The translations under genes were made by a program, and so were the position numbers. The notes under the pieces were generated by a model. It was not told the DNA's origin and ran no database searches. It saw only the letters and a program-made list of their open reading frames with translations. DNA of 64,000 nt from Geosiphon pyriformis uo1 (taxonomy: Eukaryota; Fungi; Glomeromycota): assembly GCA_016748015.1 (NCBI GenBank), contig JAAOMT010000034.1:124001-188000 (forward strand), read 5' to 3'. The stretch's first letter is position 1. Every line of letters starts with the position of its first letter. Below are positions 1 through 12,000 of this stretch, one piece after another.

Positions 1-42
1 GTATCTTTATCTTTTTGTTATATTTTTGGGTTAAAATATTCT

Positions 43-2441
43 TAGATTTGTTTTATTCTTGACAATCCATTGGCATTTCTGTTTTCTTTTCCTTTTTTGT
101 AATATACTGTATAATTAAATAGTGAAAGTTCTATTTTTCATCTGACATAGCAATCATCTGTAAATTCTTGTTTTTGGATTAAAGTCAATTCTTTGTGGTC
201 AGTGTATACATCAAATTTTTGACTCAAGTATTCTTTTTATTTGATGACAGCCCAATAGATAGCCAAATATTCTAATGCTAATGTTCCATAGTTCTTTTCA
301 GCTAGATTTAAGCTTCTACTGGCATAAGCTACTGGGTGTTCTCGTCCATCCAGCCCTTTTTAAGATAGTACAGCTCCTAATTTTTGGCCAGATACATCAG
401 TGGTAATAATGAATGGTTTGCTGTAGTCTGAATAGATTAATACTGGGACTTGAATAAGTTTTCTTCTTAGTGTGTTAAAGGCTTTTTGTTAAATTTCAGT
501 TCATTTGTATTTGGTGTTTTTTGTTTGGAGTTGATGTAGTGGTTAAGCTATTTTGGAAAAGTCTTTGATAAAGTGGTGGTAGTATTCAGCAAATTTCAAG
601 AATGTTCTTAATTCTGTGAGATTATTTGGTACTGAAAAGTTCTTAACAATCTTAATCTTATCTGGATCTATTTTGATACTGTCTTTGTTTACAACATGTC
701 CCAAAAACTTGAGTTCTGTTTTGCCAAAAAAGTATTTGTTTGTATTTAGTTTCAATCCTGCTTATTTGAGTCTTTCAAATACTTGTTGGAGATGATACAG
801 ATGGTTATCAAATGTTTTTGAGAACACATTTGTATTATCCAAATATATAATAACTGATTTCCATAGTAGTTCAGTATAGATAATTTCCATAAGTTGTTAA
901 AATGTGGCTGGAGCATTTATCAATCCAAATAACATAACCTCAAATTCAAAATTCTCTTCTCATGTTGTGAAAGCTGTTTTCTCTTTATCTTCTGGTTTTA
1001 TGGCTACTTGTCAGTAACTACTGTTTAAGTCTAAAGTTGAGAACCATTTCTTTTCTTTAAAAGTATTGAACAGTTCTTGAATCTTTGAAGTTGAGTAGCT
1101 ATCTCTTTTTGTTACTTTATTCAGTTTTTGGTAATCCACACAAAAATGGATCTTCCTATTTTTCTTACAAACTAGTACTACTAGTAATGACTATGAACTT
1201 ATTGATGGCTGAATTAGCTCATTGTCAAGCATCCAGTTGATTTCTTGACAAATGATTTTATGGCTGGCTGGTGGTACTCAGTATGCTCTTTGTTTGATTG
1301 GCATTGTATCTTTAGTCTTGATCTGATGCTAAATTATGTTTGTTCTGCCAAATTCATTTTCATTTGCAAAAATGTCTGTGAAGTTAGTGAGTAATATTTT
1401 TAGTTGTATATGCTAAAGTGGGTCTAAATTTCTCAAATTCATTTGTTCCAGTTGTTCTGGTTGAAGTAAATAATATTCATTCTGTCTATAGATTGTTTGT
1501 AATATTATATCAACATATCCACACAGTTGTAGAAAGTCCAGAATGGAGTTTGTTGATTGGTTTTCAATTTCAGTAGTTAAGTATCCAATAGTGGTTCCTT
1601 TTAGTATCTCAATGACATCTCCTGTATTGTTGTAAATAGAAATTTTAATGTAATTGTGGTTTTTAACTGGTATGTGTAGATTGACTAATCCAATTTTTTC
1701 TGATTTACAAAGTGTTGCTTCTGCCTCAAAAATTTGAACCTAATCCTTTACTTTCCTCTTTATGATTATCATGTACTGGTTATATGGTAGAATGGAAATT
1801 GATTAATAGGTGAAGATAATTTCTTCCTTGTCAACAATTTTTTTCTCTGCCATATTAACTGGTACATTTATTCTATCTGTAAATTCAAAACTCTGTATTC
1901 CTTTAATTATAATTCCTAATTCTTCCCTGTTTCTCACTAAAATTAATTGAGCTATTTTAACCAGAGACAAAAATATTGTCTGTGCTATCTTTTTATTTGG
2001 CTCTATAATATAGGCCTTTCCTAAATTATTTTGTAGCATTGTAATAATATTTCCTATATATCTTGCATCAATTATTCCTTCTCTAATGTTGATTCTTTTT
2101 TTTGCTAAATTACTCCTGGATGCTAGTTGAATTATTATTGTTGCTGAAATTTCTAGTGCTATTTTTAAATCAATACAGATATGCAAATATGGTTCCAATT
2201 TGATGACATTCTTTCCTGAATATCTCAGATTAAACTCAGCATCAGTATTATGTGCACATTCTGACATGATATCTTTATTATTATCACTAAACTATTTCAG
2301 TTCCTGCTTTTTGGTGAGATCAGAAAGTGTGATATATTGTTTGGAGTTTTAAATCTGAGTCTGAATTGTCATTATTATTATTGCCAAATTGCATAGAGCT
2401 GGAACTATTGTTTTCATCATCATTGTTGGAGTTTGAATTGG
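43..2441 (-). pseudogene. Element A pol remnant: dUTPase, RT, RNase H
   Basis: AEFNLRY/SRSNLA/GIIDARYIG dUTPase motifs; FFGKTELKFLGHVV in RT; RNase H ends NANGLSRIKQI-stop at 43-45; many stops. Confidence 0.9.
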
Positions 2442-3338
2442 TGTTACTTATAAAATATAGGAAGTATATTAGCATATAAATTAGCCAATTAAAAGTAGCC
2501 AATTAAAAGTAGCCATAGTAAATATGGAATTTCAGGATTCTTTTCAAGAGGAATTGCAGGATTCCAAAAATTTCAGAATTCTCATACAAAGAATCACAGA
2601 ATTCCAGAATTCCAGGATTCCTGGTGTAAAGAATTGAGAAATTAAGGAATCGCATTTATGTATATATAGCAGTAATATCAAAAGCTAAAAAATTAGCCAA
2701 GAAAACTTCCAGAGTCAATAGAACTCTCAGAGCCAATTAGACTCACAAGTCATAATTATTAAAATTTTTTAGTTACAGATCTCTTAGTTTAAATCTGATC
2801 TAAGCAACCTTTCATCCACAAATATCAATAAATAATTATTCACTATCTTAATCTACTCTCTACTATCAACATTTCATGTTGATAGTAATTGATACTTAAC
2901 CACACTGGAACAATAGCTCTTGATTATGGCTATTGACGAGATACTAACTTGCAATTGCTTTTGTTTATTTCTTTATTTTCTTTTATTTTCTTTTATTTCT
3001 TTTGTATTTTTTTGTTGACTAATTGATTAAGGATTAAAGTGCTGAGTTACAGACATTATAGGGACTGGTAAAAGATCTGTGAAACAAGGGTAGAACACTT
3101 ATAGATTTGAGGATAGCTTACCAGAAGGATTATTAGCCACTATGCTGAGAAAAAAATTCGACAGAATTGTGATTCCAAGAGGCTACTGAAAACAACTATT
3201 AAATCTCTGTTTATTATACAAAGAACTCAACCAAAACCTTCAGATAAAAATACTTTCAGATACCAGCACCATTATCAATTGAGCACCAAGTTATAAGTTT
3301 GTTATTTGATTTGAGACCCCAAATAATTATCTGTAATA
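2442..3338 (+). repeat. 5' LTR of B
   Basis: Direct repeat of 4526-5419; TATATATAG at 2661; GGAATTCCAGGATTC-like tandem motifs in U3. Confidence 0.92.
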
Positions 3339-3340
3339 TT

Positions 3341-3358
3341 TGGTGCTCCCTGTGAGGT
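3341..3358 (+). promoter_or_regulatory. Primer-binding site TGGTGCTCCCTGTGAGGT (elongator tRNA-Met- or tRNA-Ile-like)
   Basis: TGG two nt after the LTR; same motif in A, D and E; tRNA identity is from recalled eukaryotic tRNA 3' ends and is unverified. Confidence 0.8.
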
Positions 3359-3469
3359 ATAATTTTACAGAGAACAGCACCAACTAACAACCATCTAAAA
3401 GTGGCAAACCAAGAAAAAACAAAGGAAAATCACTTAGGATTTGTGAAATTCTTATTTTACTATTACTTT

Positions 3470-3900
3470 TGAAAAACTCATTAAATTGAAACTCCGATCA
3501 TTTAAAACCCAATTGTTAAAACCCTGAACATTCAAAAATTACCATTGATAAACTTGTTAAAAAACTTGTTAAATTAAAACTCTGTTTATTTGAAACCCGA
3601 TAATTCTAAACCTACTATTGTATAAAAAACTTAACTTTAATAAATTTGTTAAATTAAAACTCTGAAAATTATTCAAAACCTAATAAATTTCAACCTCACT
3701 ATTATATAAAAAAACTTATTTTTGATAAAAACTTGTTAAAACTTTGATTCTTCAAGACCCAATAGTTTAAAACCCAAATATTTGAAACTCAATAAATTTT
3801 AACCCTGCTAGTGTAAAAAGAAACTTATGTCAGATAAAACCTGTCAAACCTTTAGAAATTCAAAACTCCAATTATTTAAAGACCTGTTAAAAAAATTCCA
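3470..3900 (+). repeat. Degenerate tandem repeats inside B (AAACTTGTTAAATTAAAACTC-like units)
   Basis: Motif recurs at ~3472, 3560, 3643, 3728 and 3838. Confidence 0.6.
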
Positions 3901-4525
3901 GAAAAAAACTACCCAGATTCATACTTACCTGTGTAAAGACTGTTTTTTTCTATGCCAAAAGTCAGTGTTGAGAAAGTATCAATACAAAAAAGACTTAAAA
4001 AAGAAAAAGGAATTTGAGAATCAGCAATACCAAAATTGATCAACAAATCATCAAAACTTACCTGATGACTCCAAGTTACAATCCACTTCCAAATGTCATA
4101 TATTTAAACTCTGAGGAAGACAAGCCAATCAGTGAGAATTGGAATCGAAACTTAATCCTGATTCAAACTCTGCTGATAATGACAACAATTTAAACTCCAC
4201 TAAATGACAACAATGATTTAAACTCTGCCAACAACAATTCAAACTCCACTTCAAACACCGAACAATATATCATGCTTCTAAATCTTACAATAGAACAGAA
4301 ATTAACTAAATTCAGTGATAATAATAAAGGCATTATGTTTGAACATGTACATAATACAGATACAAAATTTGAACATAGATATTCAGAACAGACCACTATA
4401 GTTAAAAACTTCAGTTACATATAAAATTAAATTTACAAATAGTAATAGAAATTACAGCAACAACATTGATACAAAAGAGAGATTTAGAAGATTTTACAGG
4501 AGCTCAATATTAAAGAAGGGAATAA

Positions 4526-5419
4526 TGTTACTCATAAAATATAGGAAATATATTAGCATATAAATTAGCCAATTAGAAGTAGCTATAGTAAATGTGGAAT
4601 TCCAGGATTCTTCTTAAGAAGAATTACAGAATTCCAGGAATTTCAGGATTCTCGTACAAGAAATCACAGAATTCCAGAATTCTAGAATTCTTGGTGTGAA
4701 GAATTGAAAAATTGTGAAATCTCATTTATGTATATATAGCAGTAGTATCAGAAGCTAGAAAATTAGTCAAAAAGACTTCCAGAGTTAGTAAAACTCTCAG
4801 AATCAATTAGACTCACAAGTCATAATTATTAGAATCTTTTAGTTACAGACCTCTTAGTTTAAATCTAATCTAAGCAATCTTTTATCCACAAATATCAATA
4901 AATAATTATTCACTATCTTAATCTACTCTCTACTATTAACACTTTATGTTGATAGTAATTAATACTTAACCACACTGGAACAATAGCTCTTGATTACAGC
5001 TATTGATAAGATACTAACTTGCAATTGCTTTTGTTTATTTCTTTATTTTTTTTTATTTTTTTTATTTCTTTTGTATTTTTTTTGTATTTCTTTTGTTGAC
5101 TAATTGATTAAAAATTAAAGCGCTGAGTTACAAACGTCATAGGGACTGGTAAAAAATCTGTGAAACAAGAGTAAAACACTTATAAATTTGAGAATAGCTT
5201 ACCAAAAAGATTACTGGCCACCACGCTGAAAAAAAAATTTGACAGAATTGTGATTCTGAGAGACTATTAAAAACAACTATTAAATCTCTGTCTTTTATAC
5301 AAAGAACTCAACCAAAATCTTCAGATAACAATACCTTCAGATACTAGCACCATTATCAATTAAGCACCAAGTTATGGGTTTGTTATTTGATTTGAGACCC
5401 CAAATAATCATCTGTAACA
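4526..5419 (+). repeat. 3' LTR of B
   Basis: Preceded by PPT AAAGAAGGGAATAA; ends TGTAACA. Confidence 0.92.
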
Positions 5420-8054
5420 TCAGAATTGAAAATTGATTCTGATTCTGATGTGCAGCTGCTAATTGGTTCTTCTTCTTCTGGGATTGTGTAGATTATGTGT
5501 GGTGGTGGATTGTAAATGAGATTACACTTATTACAGTATTGAAAGTTACATAAGATTAGGCAGTATTAACATAGTTGAGTGTTTAGCTACTCTATACATT
5601 GTTTTTATTCTTCTCTTATAGACACTAATTCTTGGTAGTGTTTGTGGAATTGTTCTGGATCCAGAAGATTTATGATTGGTTCCAGGTTCCAGTTGAGTTT
5701 TATGAGTTCTGGAGGGTTATTTTTTATTATTCTGATGTCTTCTGGTAACACGCCTTTGATTTTAGCAAGTGTTATTCGTCATATTTCATTGTCATTATGT
5801 AGACAACTGTTCAATTACTGGACAGTTTTTTTTTAGATAGCTTTTATTGGTGTCCCTTTCCTAACCCAGTCACTTATTAGAATTGTGTATTAACATAATT
5901 TGTCACATGTTCCTTTTCATTCAAGAATGTCATTCCATATTCTTTCATCTAATAGCATTTTGCCACAAGTCAAACATGGTTTGTTATTCCATTTTTCTTG
6001 TTATTTTGGTTGTTTAAAGCATTCTAGGACACATAGATGACAATAGAACTTGGTTGCTGTAAAGTATTTTTTATCATTGCCACAGCATGCACCCATTGAT
6101 AACAATTTCTTGCCACAATTAATGCATACTAGCTTGAATTGATAGTAACTGGCTTGTGATTGTGGTGTTGAGTATGGAATATATGTAGGGTTAGAATCTT
6201 GTGTATTTCTGCTTTCTCTCTCTTTCTCTTTTTTTTTTTTTTTCTAGATTCAAATTAGTGGTAACCCACTTTGATTATTGTTAGTCTATAATAATTGGTC
6301 AGTATTTCAGATAGGTTCTTCTCTTCTCTTTCTCTTTCCTTGGTCATCCCACAAAAATACTGGCAGCAGCTTGTTGTGATCATTATCAGCCCAAGAAACT
6401 TGATAAGCTTCTCAAGTGGGTTTAGTTTCTTCTTTTTTTAGCTTGATTAGTAGTTGCATAGTGGTTGGTTTAAAGTAACTACAGGCAGCTGGTACTCTCA
6501 TATATTGGCCATTCTAGCTTAGCTGGAGTTCTTGGGTAGTCCAATCAAATACTGTGTTGGTTTTAAACAGCCAGTTATTACCAACAAGTGCTTGATATTG
6601 GGTGGTTTCCATGATTAGTATCTTAATTGGTATAATAATACCATTAACTTTGATAGAGAAGTTGTCAATTTCGCTAATTGGAGTTTTTGTCACTCCATCT
6701 ACTATGATTATTTGTGCACTGGCAGCTTAATCAACTCAGTGACCTAATTGGTCCATGAGTTGTCTTGTGATGATGTTGTCAGCTGATCCACTGTCTAGAA
6801 TCAGTTTGATGGAATGGCCATCAACTTTTACATCAGTGTACATGGCAGTAATCAGTTTTTCTTCTAGTACAGTTTTACTGAACAATAGGACTGCTAAAAA
6901 TTCTTTAAGCTCAAAAGAAAAAATGGCTGTTAAAAATTCATTATTTGTGATGATTGTTAGTAGAATGTTATTGATAAGTAATTGCTGTTGGTTGGATTCT
7001 GGTATATCAGGTGTAGTGTTTTCTGAGTTAACCAAGAGACTTAAATAGTGTTGGGAATTTGGGTTTTGGGCATATCTAGTCTCCAAATTCCGAGAGCGTG
7101 TTCCTGATTGTTGGGTAGAGAAGCTGAGAATCAGTTGATAGACAATTATCACCAATCTTCAGTTTTGTTGGGTTATTCTTGGCCTTTGTGTTCTGATTTG
7201 AGGTAAGTTTTGTAGCAGTGTTTGAATTTGTTAGGACTGGTATATTACTTGCAGTTGCAGCTAATAAATGATGAGTGTTGTTAGCTGATAAATGGGAGCT
7301 TAATATACTGGTGGTTAATAAATTGGCTGTTGTGTCATTTGGGTGTAATAAGGTGAGTATTGATTCTTATTTGGGTATTGATTTGGTGTTTGAAATCTTC
7401 AATCAGAGTTTTGATATTGATTTCCCAATTGTGAGTTATTATTATAAGAACAGCAGTCAATTCTCAAATGGTCTTGTTTACCACAATTGTGGCAGATATG
7501 TGTCTCTTGCTGCCACAGCTGATTGAATAATAATGAAAAATGTGATTGATTTTGAGGGCAATTTATGTTTCCAGAATTATTGTGTTATTGGGATGACTGA
7601 TAAATTACACGATTGTTAGCTAAGTATCTTTCTAATTTCCAATTAATTGAATTACTGAGTTGTTTTAATTTAGAATTCAAGTTAGATAATCTATTTATGA
7701 CTAGATTTATGGCTTGAACATGATTAGCTTCAAGTTCTGTGAATTTGAAATCCTGTGCATTGATAACTGTGTCTTAGAGAGTTTGTAAGTGCATTAGGTG
7801 TACATATTGGAGGATGTTACTATGCAGTCTACAGATGAACTGGTTCAGAATCTGTGGCACTGTAAAATAATTTGTGTTAATTGCTTGTATTTGGCACAAG
7901 TTCCTATGGAAGCATCCTAAGTAAGTAGTGACTGCTTCAGTTTCTCCTTGCTTTATGGTAATAAATATATTTGCTAAGTGGTTAATGCTATTATTGTTAC
8001 TGAAATATCTCATGAATTCCAGTTTGAATTCTTGGAAAGTTTGGAGTTTGACAG
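5420..8054 (-). pseudogene. Element A gag C-terminal half, aspartic protease and Cys-rich domain
   Basis: LILDSGSA protease motif; capsid IKQGETEAVTTYLGCF; CHNCGKQDH knuckle remnant. Confidence 0.88.
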
Positions 8055-8932
8055 TGTTACGGTTTAAGAATTTAGCAAAAAGAATCATAAAAATAATACA
8101 AACTATTCAATCATAATATAGCGCAGTAATAATTTTAGAAAGATAATGATTAACATAGTAGCAAACACCATCTTGTGATAGTGGCAAGCACCAGTTCACA
8201 ATAGCAGCCAACACCAACTGGTGATAGCAGCAAACACCAGGTTGAAATATCAAAAAGAAAGTATTACAATGTGTTTTCTCATAGAACTACAAACATGTAT
8301 ATATACAGTAGTTTTAATATTAGGAAAAAAACAATCAAGTAATAAAAATCATAACTTATCAAGCAATAGATTCAATTTTATCTAACAAACTCTACTTTAA
8401 ATCATACTTTCAAATTAAATATCCCAAGAAATCTTTAAATCAAAAAGAAATGAAAAAGAATATTTAAAACTGAATTATCACAACCCAAAGTATTAAGAAA
8501 CTTACTTGTATTATTTATTGAATGAAACTATCATTCATCAACTGAATCTCTTGGAAGAATAATCCTTGATCAAGATTATTCACGTTGTTACTAATTGATA
8601 AAAGCTTTATTATAAGAATTAGAAAAAAAGCACTAAAGACCATTAACATTCTGTGTTTCTAGATTAGAGAAACACATCAGGCAATTGCAAGAATAGCCTC
8701 AGAGAAAACTCCAGACAGTGGATAGATTTCAGTTCAGCCTCTGAGAAGGAGTACATAAACACACACAACAATCAGGAATTGAAGAATAACTTACATCACA
8801 ACATTAAAAAAAAAGCCTTCAGTATAACAGTGACATTATCACACAAATAGAATTGAGGAACTCACGAAAGACTGATTGCAATTAAAACAGGATATCAGCA
8901 ATTAAATATAACAAAAAAACCATCCCGTAACA
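8055..8932 (+). repeat. 5' LTR of C
   Basis: TGTTAC...GTAACA; repeated at 14922, 51093 and 59897. Confidence 0.97.
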
Positions 8933-9014
8933 TTTGGTAAACCCTATGAGAAAAGAAAATCAAAAAGGAAATAATAATTAGCAATAATTCATTGCTAAAA
9001 AGAAAGAGACAAAA

Positions 9015-12000
9015 ATGATGACAAAAACCCCTAATCTTACTGTTCTTGAATTCTGCCGTGCTATTTACACACAAAATCAAAGTGATCTTGGATTACCAGA
9101 AGGGTGTTGTCCAGCAGAATCTGCTCTCACTTATTATATCAACACCAGAATAAATTATTATATAGGAAAGGAAGAAGAATCACATGACACAAAACTTGGA
9201 TTGTATAGAGAATTATCACAATACACTACAAAAGAAGTAGCAGTAATAGCTGCAACTATTGTCAAAATCCATCGAGAAATTGAGCAATACGCCAACAAAA
9301 ATTTTCCAATATCTACAGGAAACACTAGAGAACGTGCCAACAAAACCAAAGAAAATTTAGAAACTAATCAGGAAAGTAACCAGCAAAAACTAGGAACACT
9401 AGCTCAAACACCAAAGAAAACTGTCACTCAATCAATAAAGAAACAATGTATTTATTCACCAGAAGATAAATCATACCATTTTTCACCAGAAAATAAGATA
9501 CAAATTCCATTAAGAGCTACATCATCATCAACATCAACTCCACAAATGCCAAGAACTCCTAGTTATACTGATAAAATTAAACAACGTAACTGGAAAGACA
9601 TACTAATTACAGGAGGATATTCATCACTATTCCAAAACCCTCTTTTTCAGCCAAAATTTAGAACAGAGTTTGAAAATTGTGAAGAGAAGTCTGAATCGGA
9701 ATCCGAAAAAGAGACCAGTGAAAAAACAATCACAAGACCAGTCACTGGAACAAGCAGCCAGTCCAGAAACCAAGAAACTCGTAATCAAGAGGAAGAACTG
9801 GATATAAGAGAAGCCACTTTTAGGAATGCTCAAGGAAATATCATCCTACCTCCTCTTAGACCAATAAGCCCACCAGTAGAAAACGGCAACGAAATGACCA
9901 CACCATACATTGCAAGACTAACAGATTTCTCAGAAGAGGAAGAAGAAATGGATGTGTATACATGGCTCAAAGAAGCACAAAAAGCCATCCAGGCAAATAA
10001 CTGGAATGACCAAAGAGCAATTCAAACATTATCTTTCTTTCTGAAAGGCACAGCCGACTTGTGGTATCAAAGTCTGGAAACAAAACCCATGAGCTTCGCC
10101 GAATTTAAAAATGCACTCCTGGAGTATTTTAGTGACCCAAACACTATAATCTAACTACAGAACGAATTCAATACTATCAAGCAAAATACCAGTGAAACTG
10201 TCACCCAATACCTTGCTCGATTTAATCAAATTCGCCATCAAATTGAAGTGATTGAACAAGGATACTACACTGATCCTCAGGTTTTAAATCAGTTTATTAG
10301 AGAATTAAAAAGTAGCATTTTAGGAAGAGTATGCTCTGCCCACCCTAATTCCTTACCAGAAGTCGTTACACTCGCCAGAGCCCTTGAATCGGCTAAGAAA
10401 GAAGCTAACCATAGTCAAATGGTTAACATAGTAATGGAGAAAAATAAGACAGAAACATTAGAGAAAAGAGTAACACAATTAGGAAAGGAACTCTCTAAGA
10501 AAATAGAAAGTTATCTCATCCTGGATCTGAAAAGAAATACATACCAACCACCCCAAAAATGCAGCCAGAAAGTCAGCGACAGTCGAAATAATCACTCGTC
10601 GTGCCAAGAATTCAGAACAGAAATGCGCGCCTACCATTTTTGCAAATGCATAGGACATTTGATTAGTCAATGTCGAATGCGAATGATGCAGAAAGCACGC
10701 AAAAATAATTACTACATGCCACTCCAAATGCCCAGAAACCAGTACACGCCAATACTACGCCAATATCCTACCACGTATCAAAATCAAGGAGCTTACCAGC
10801 AACAGCCCATGATAGCCAACCCGAATTGGCGTCCTGAGGCCCGAAATCAGCCCATGTAGAACCAAAACGTGTTGGTCCAGAGGAATCCAAACCATGCTGA
10901 AACCAATCAACAAACCAATCCAAACTACCAAAATTATCAACAAATTTACCTTAATATACCAGAAAATCTGATCATCAAAAATAATAATGGTAGAAACATA
11001 AACAGAACCAAGAATTCCTCCAACAAATTGAGCCAGACAATACCACCAGCAGTTGCCACCGAAGATAGTAGCCTCGCAGCTATTTTTCCTTTTGAATTAG
11101 AGGAAAACGAGGCTATGTTCAGTAGAGCAGCATTGGATGAAAAATGCCCAATCACTGCTATTTATATGGAAGCCACTGTAAACAATACCTCAATCAAACT
11201 TATCTTAGACAGCAGATTCACTGGAAGCATTGTAATGCTTCAACTAGTAAACCAACTGAGTTTCAAAGTTGATTATGCCGCAATGTCCCAAATCATAACA
11301 GCTGATGGAAGTACAAAGCTGCCTCATGGCAAAATTGACTCATTCTCTTTCAAAATTAACGGCATAGTAATACCTACAAAAGTATTAGTAATGGATGCTA
11401 CACAATATCAAGTGTTAGTAGGGAATGACTGGCTAACAAAAGCCAATGCCACCCTAGACTGGACCACCCAAGAGCTTCTGATCAATTATAATGGCCACTA
11501 GGCCAAAATTCCAACCACCTGTGGCCACTTCCAAAAACCCAGTGCCAACCAAAGACCTACTTTCAAATTTGAGAAAAATCCAGCACTACCAGCCATCAAA
11601 ACCTATCAGCTCTCTTGGGCTGATGACCAAAGAACAGGACTACCAGCCATACCAACATGGACCAGTGAAGAAAAATCCAAATGAAACCAGGTAAGTTCAC
11701 GAAAAAACCACCAGCGACGCAGACCAAAGCTAGAATGCTCGGTTTGCAAGAAGAAACTCTTGTCTATAACTGTGTGCAGCACACCAGACAAAGACCCAAG
11801 AAACCCCACCCACTATTATTGTAACTGTTGTAACAAAGAAAAATACGGTTACCCAGAAAGACACGGAAAATGGGATGAGGAACCGTGCCTCGCTTGTGGA
11901 GAACTGTTACCAAGAGAATGCAACTGAAACAACATACCAGGCAGAGGAGGAACGTGTAATGCAACTTGCCAATACACAATTCTCATCTGTGACTGGGTAA

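Larger units (their letters stand above)
2442..5419 (+). mobile_element. Non-autonomous LTR element B (two ~0.9 kb LTRs, ~1.19 kb internal region) inserted in A
   Basis: TGTTAC...GTAACA ends; PBS at 3341; PPT before 4526; flanks TTGG/TCAG fit a 4-bp TSD TCGG after CpG decay. Confidence 0.9.
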
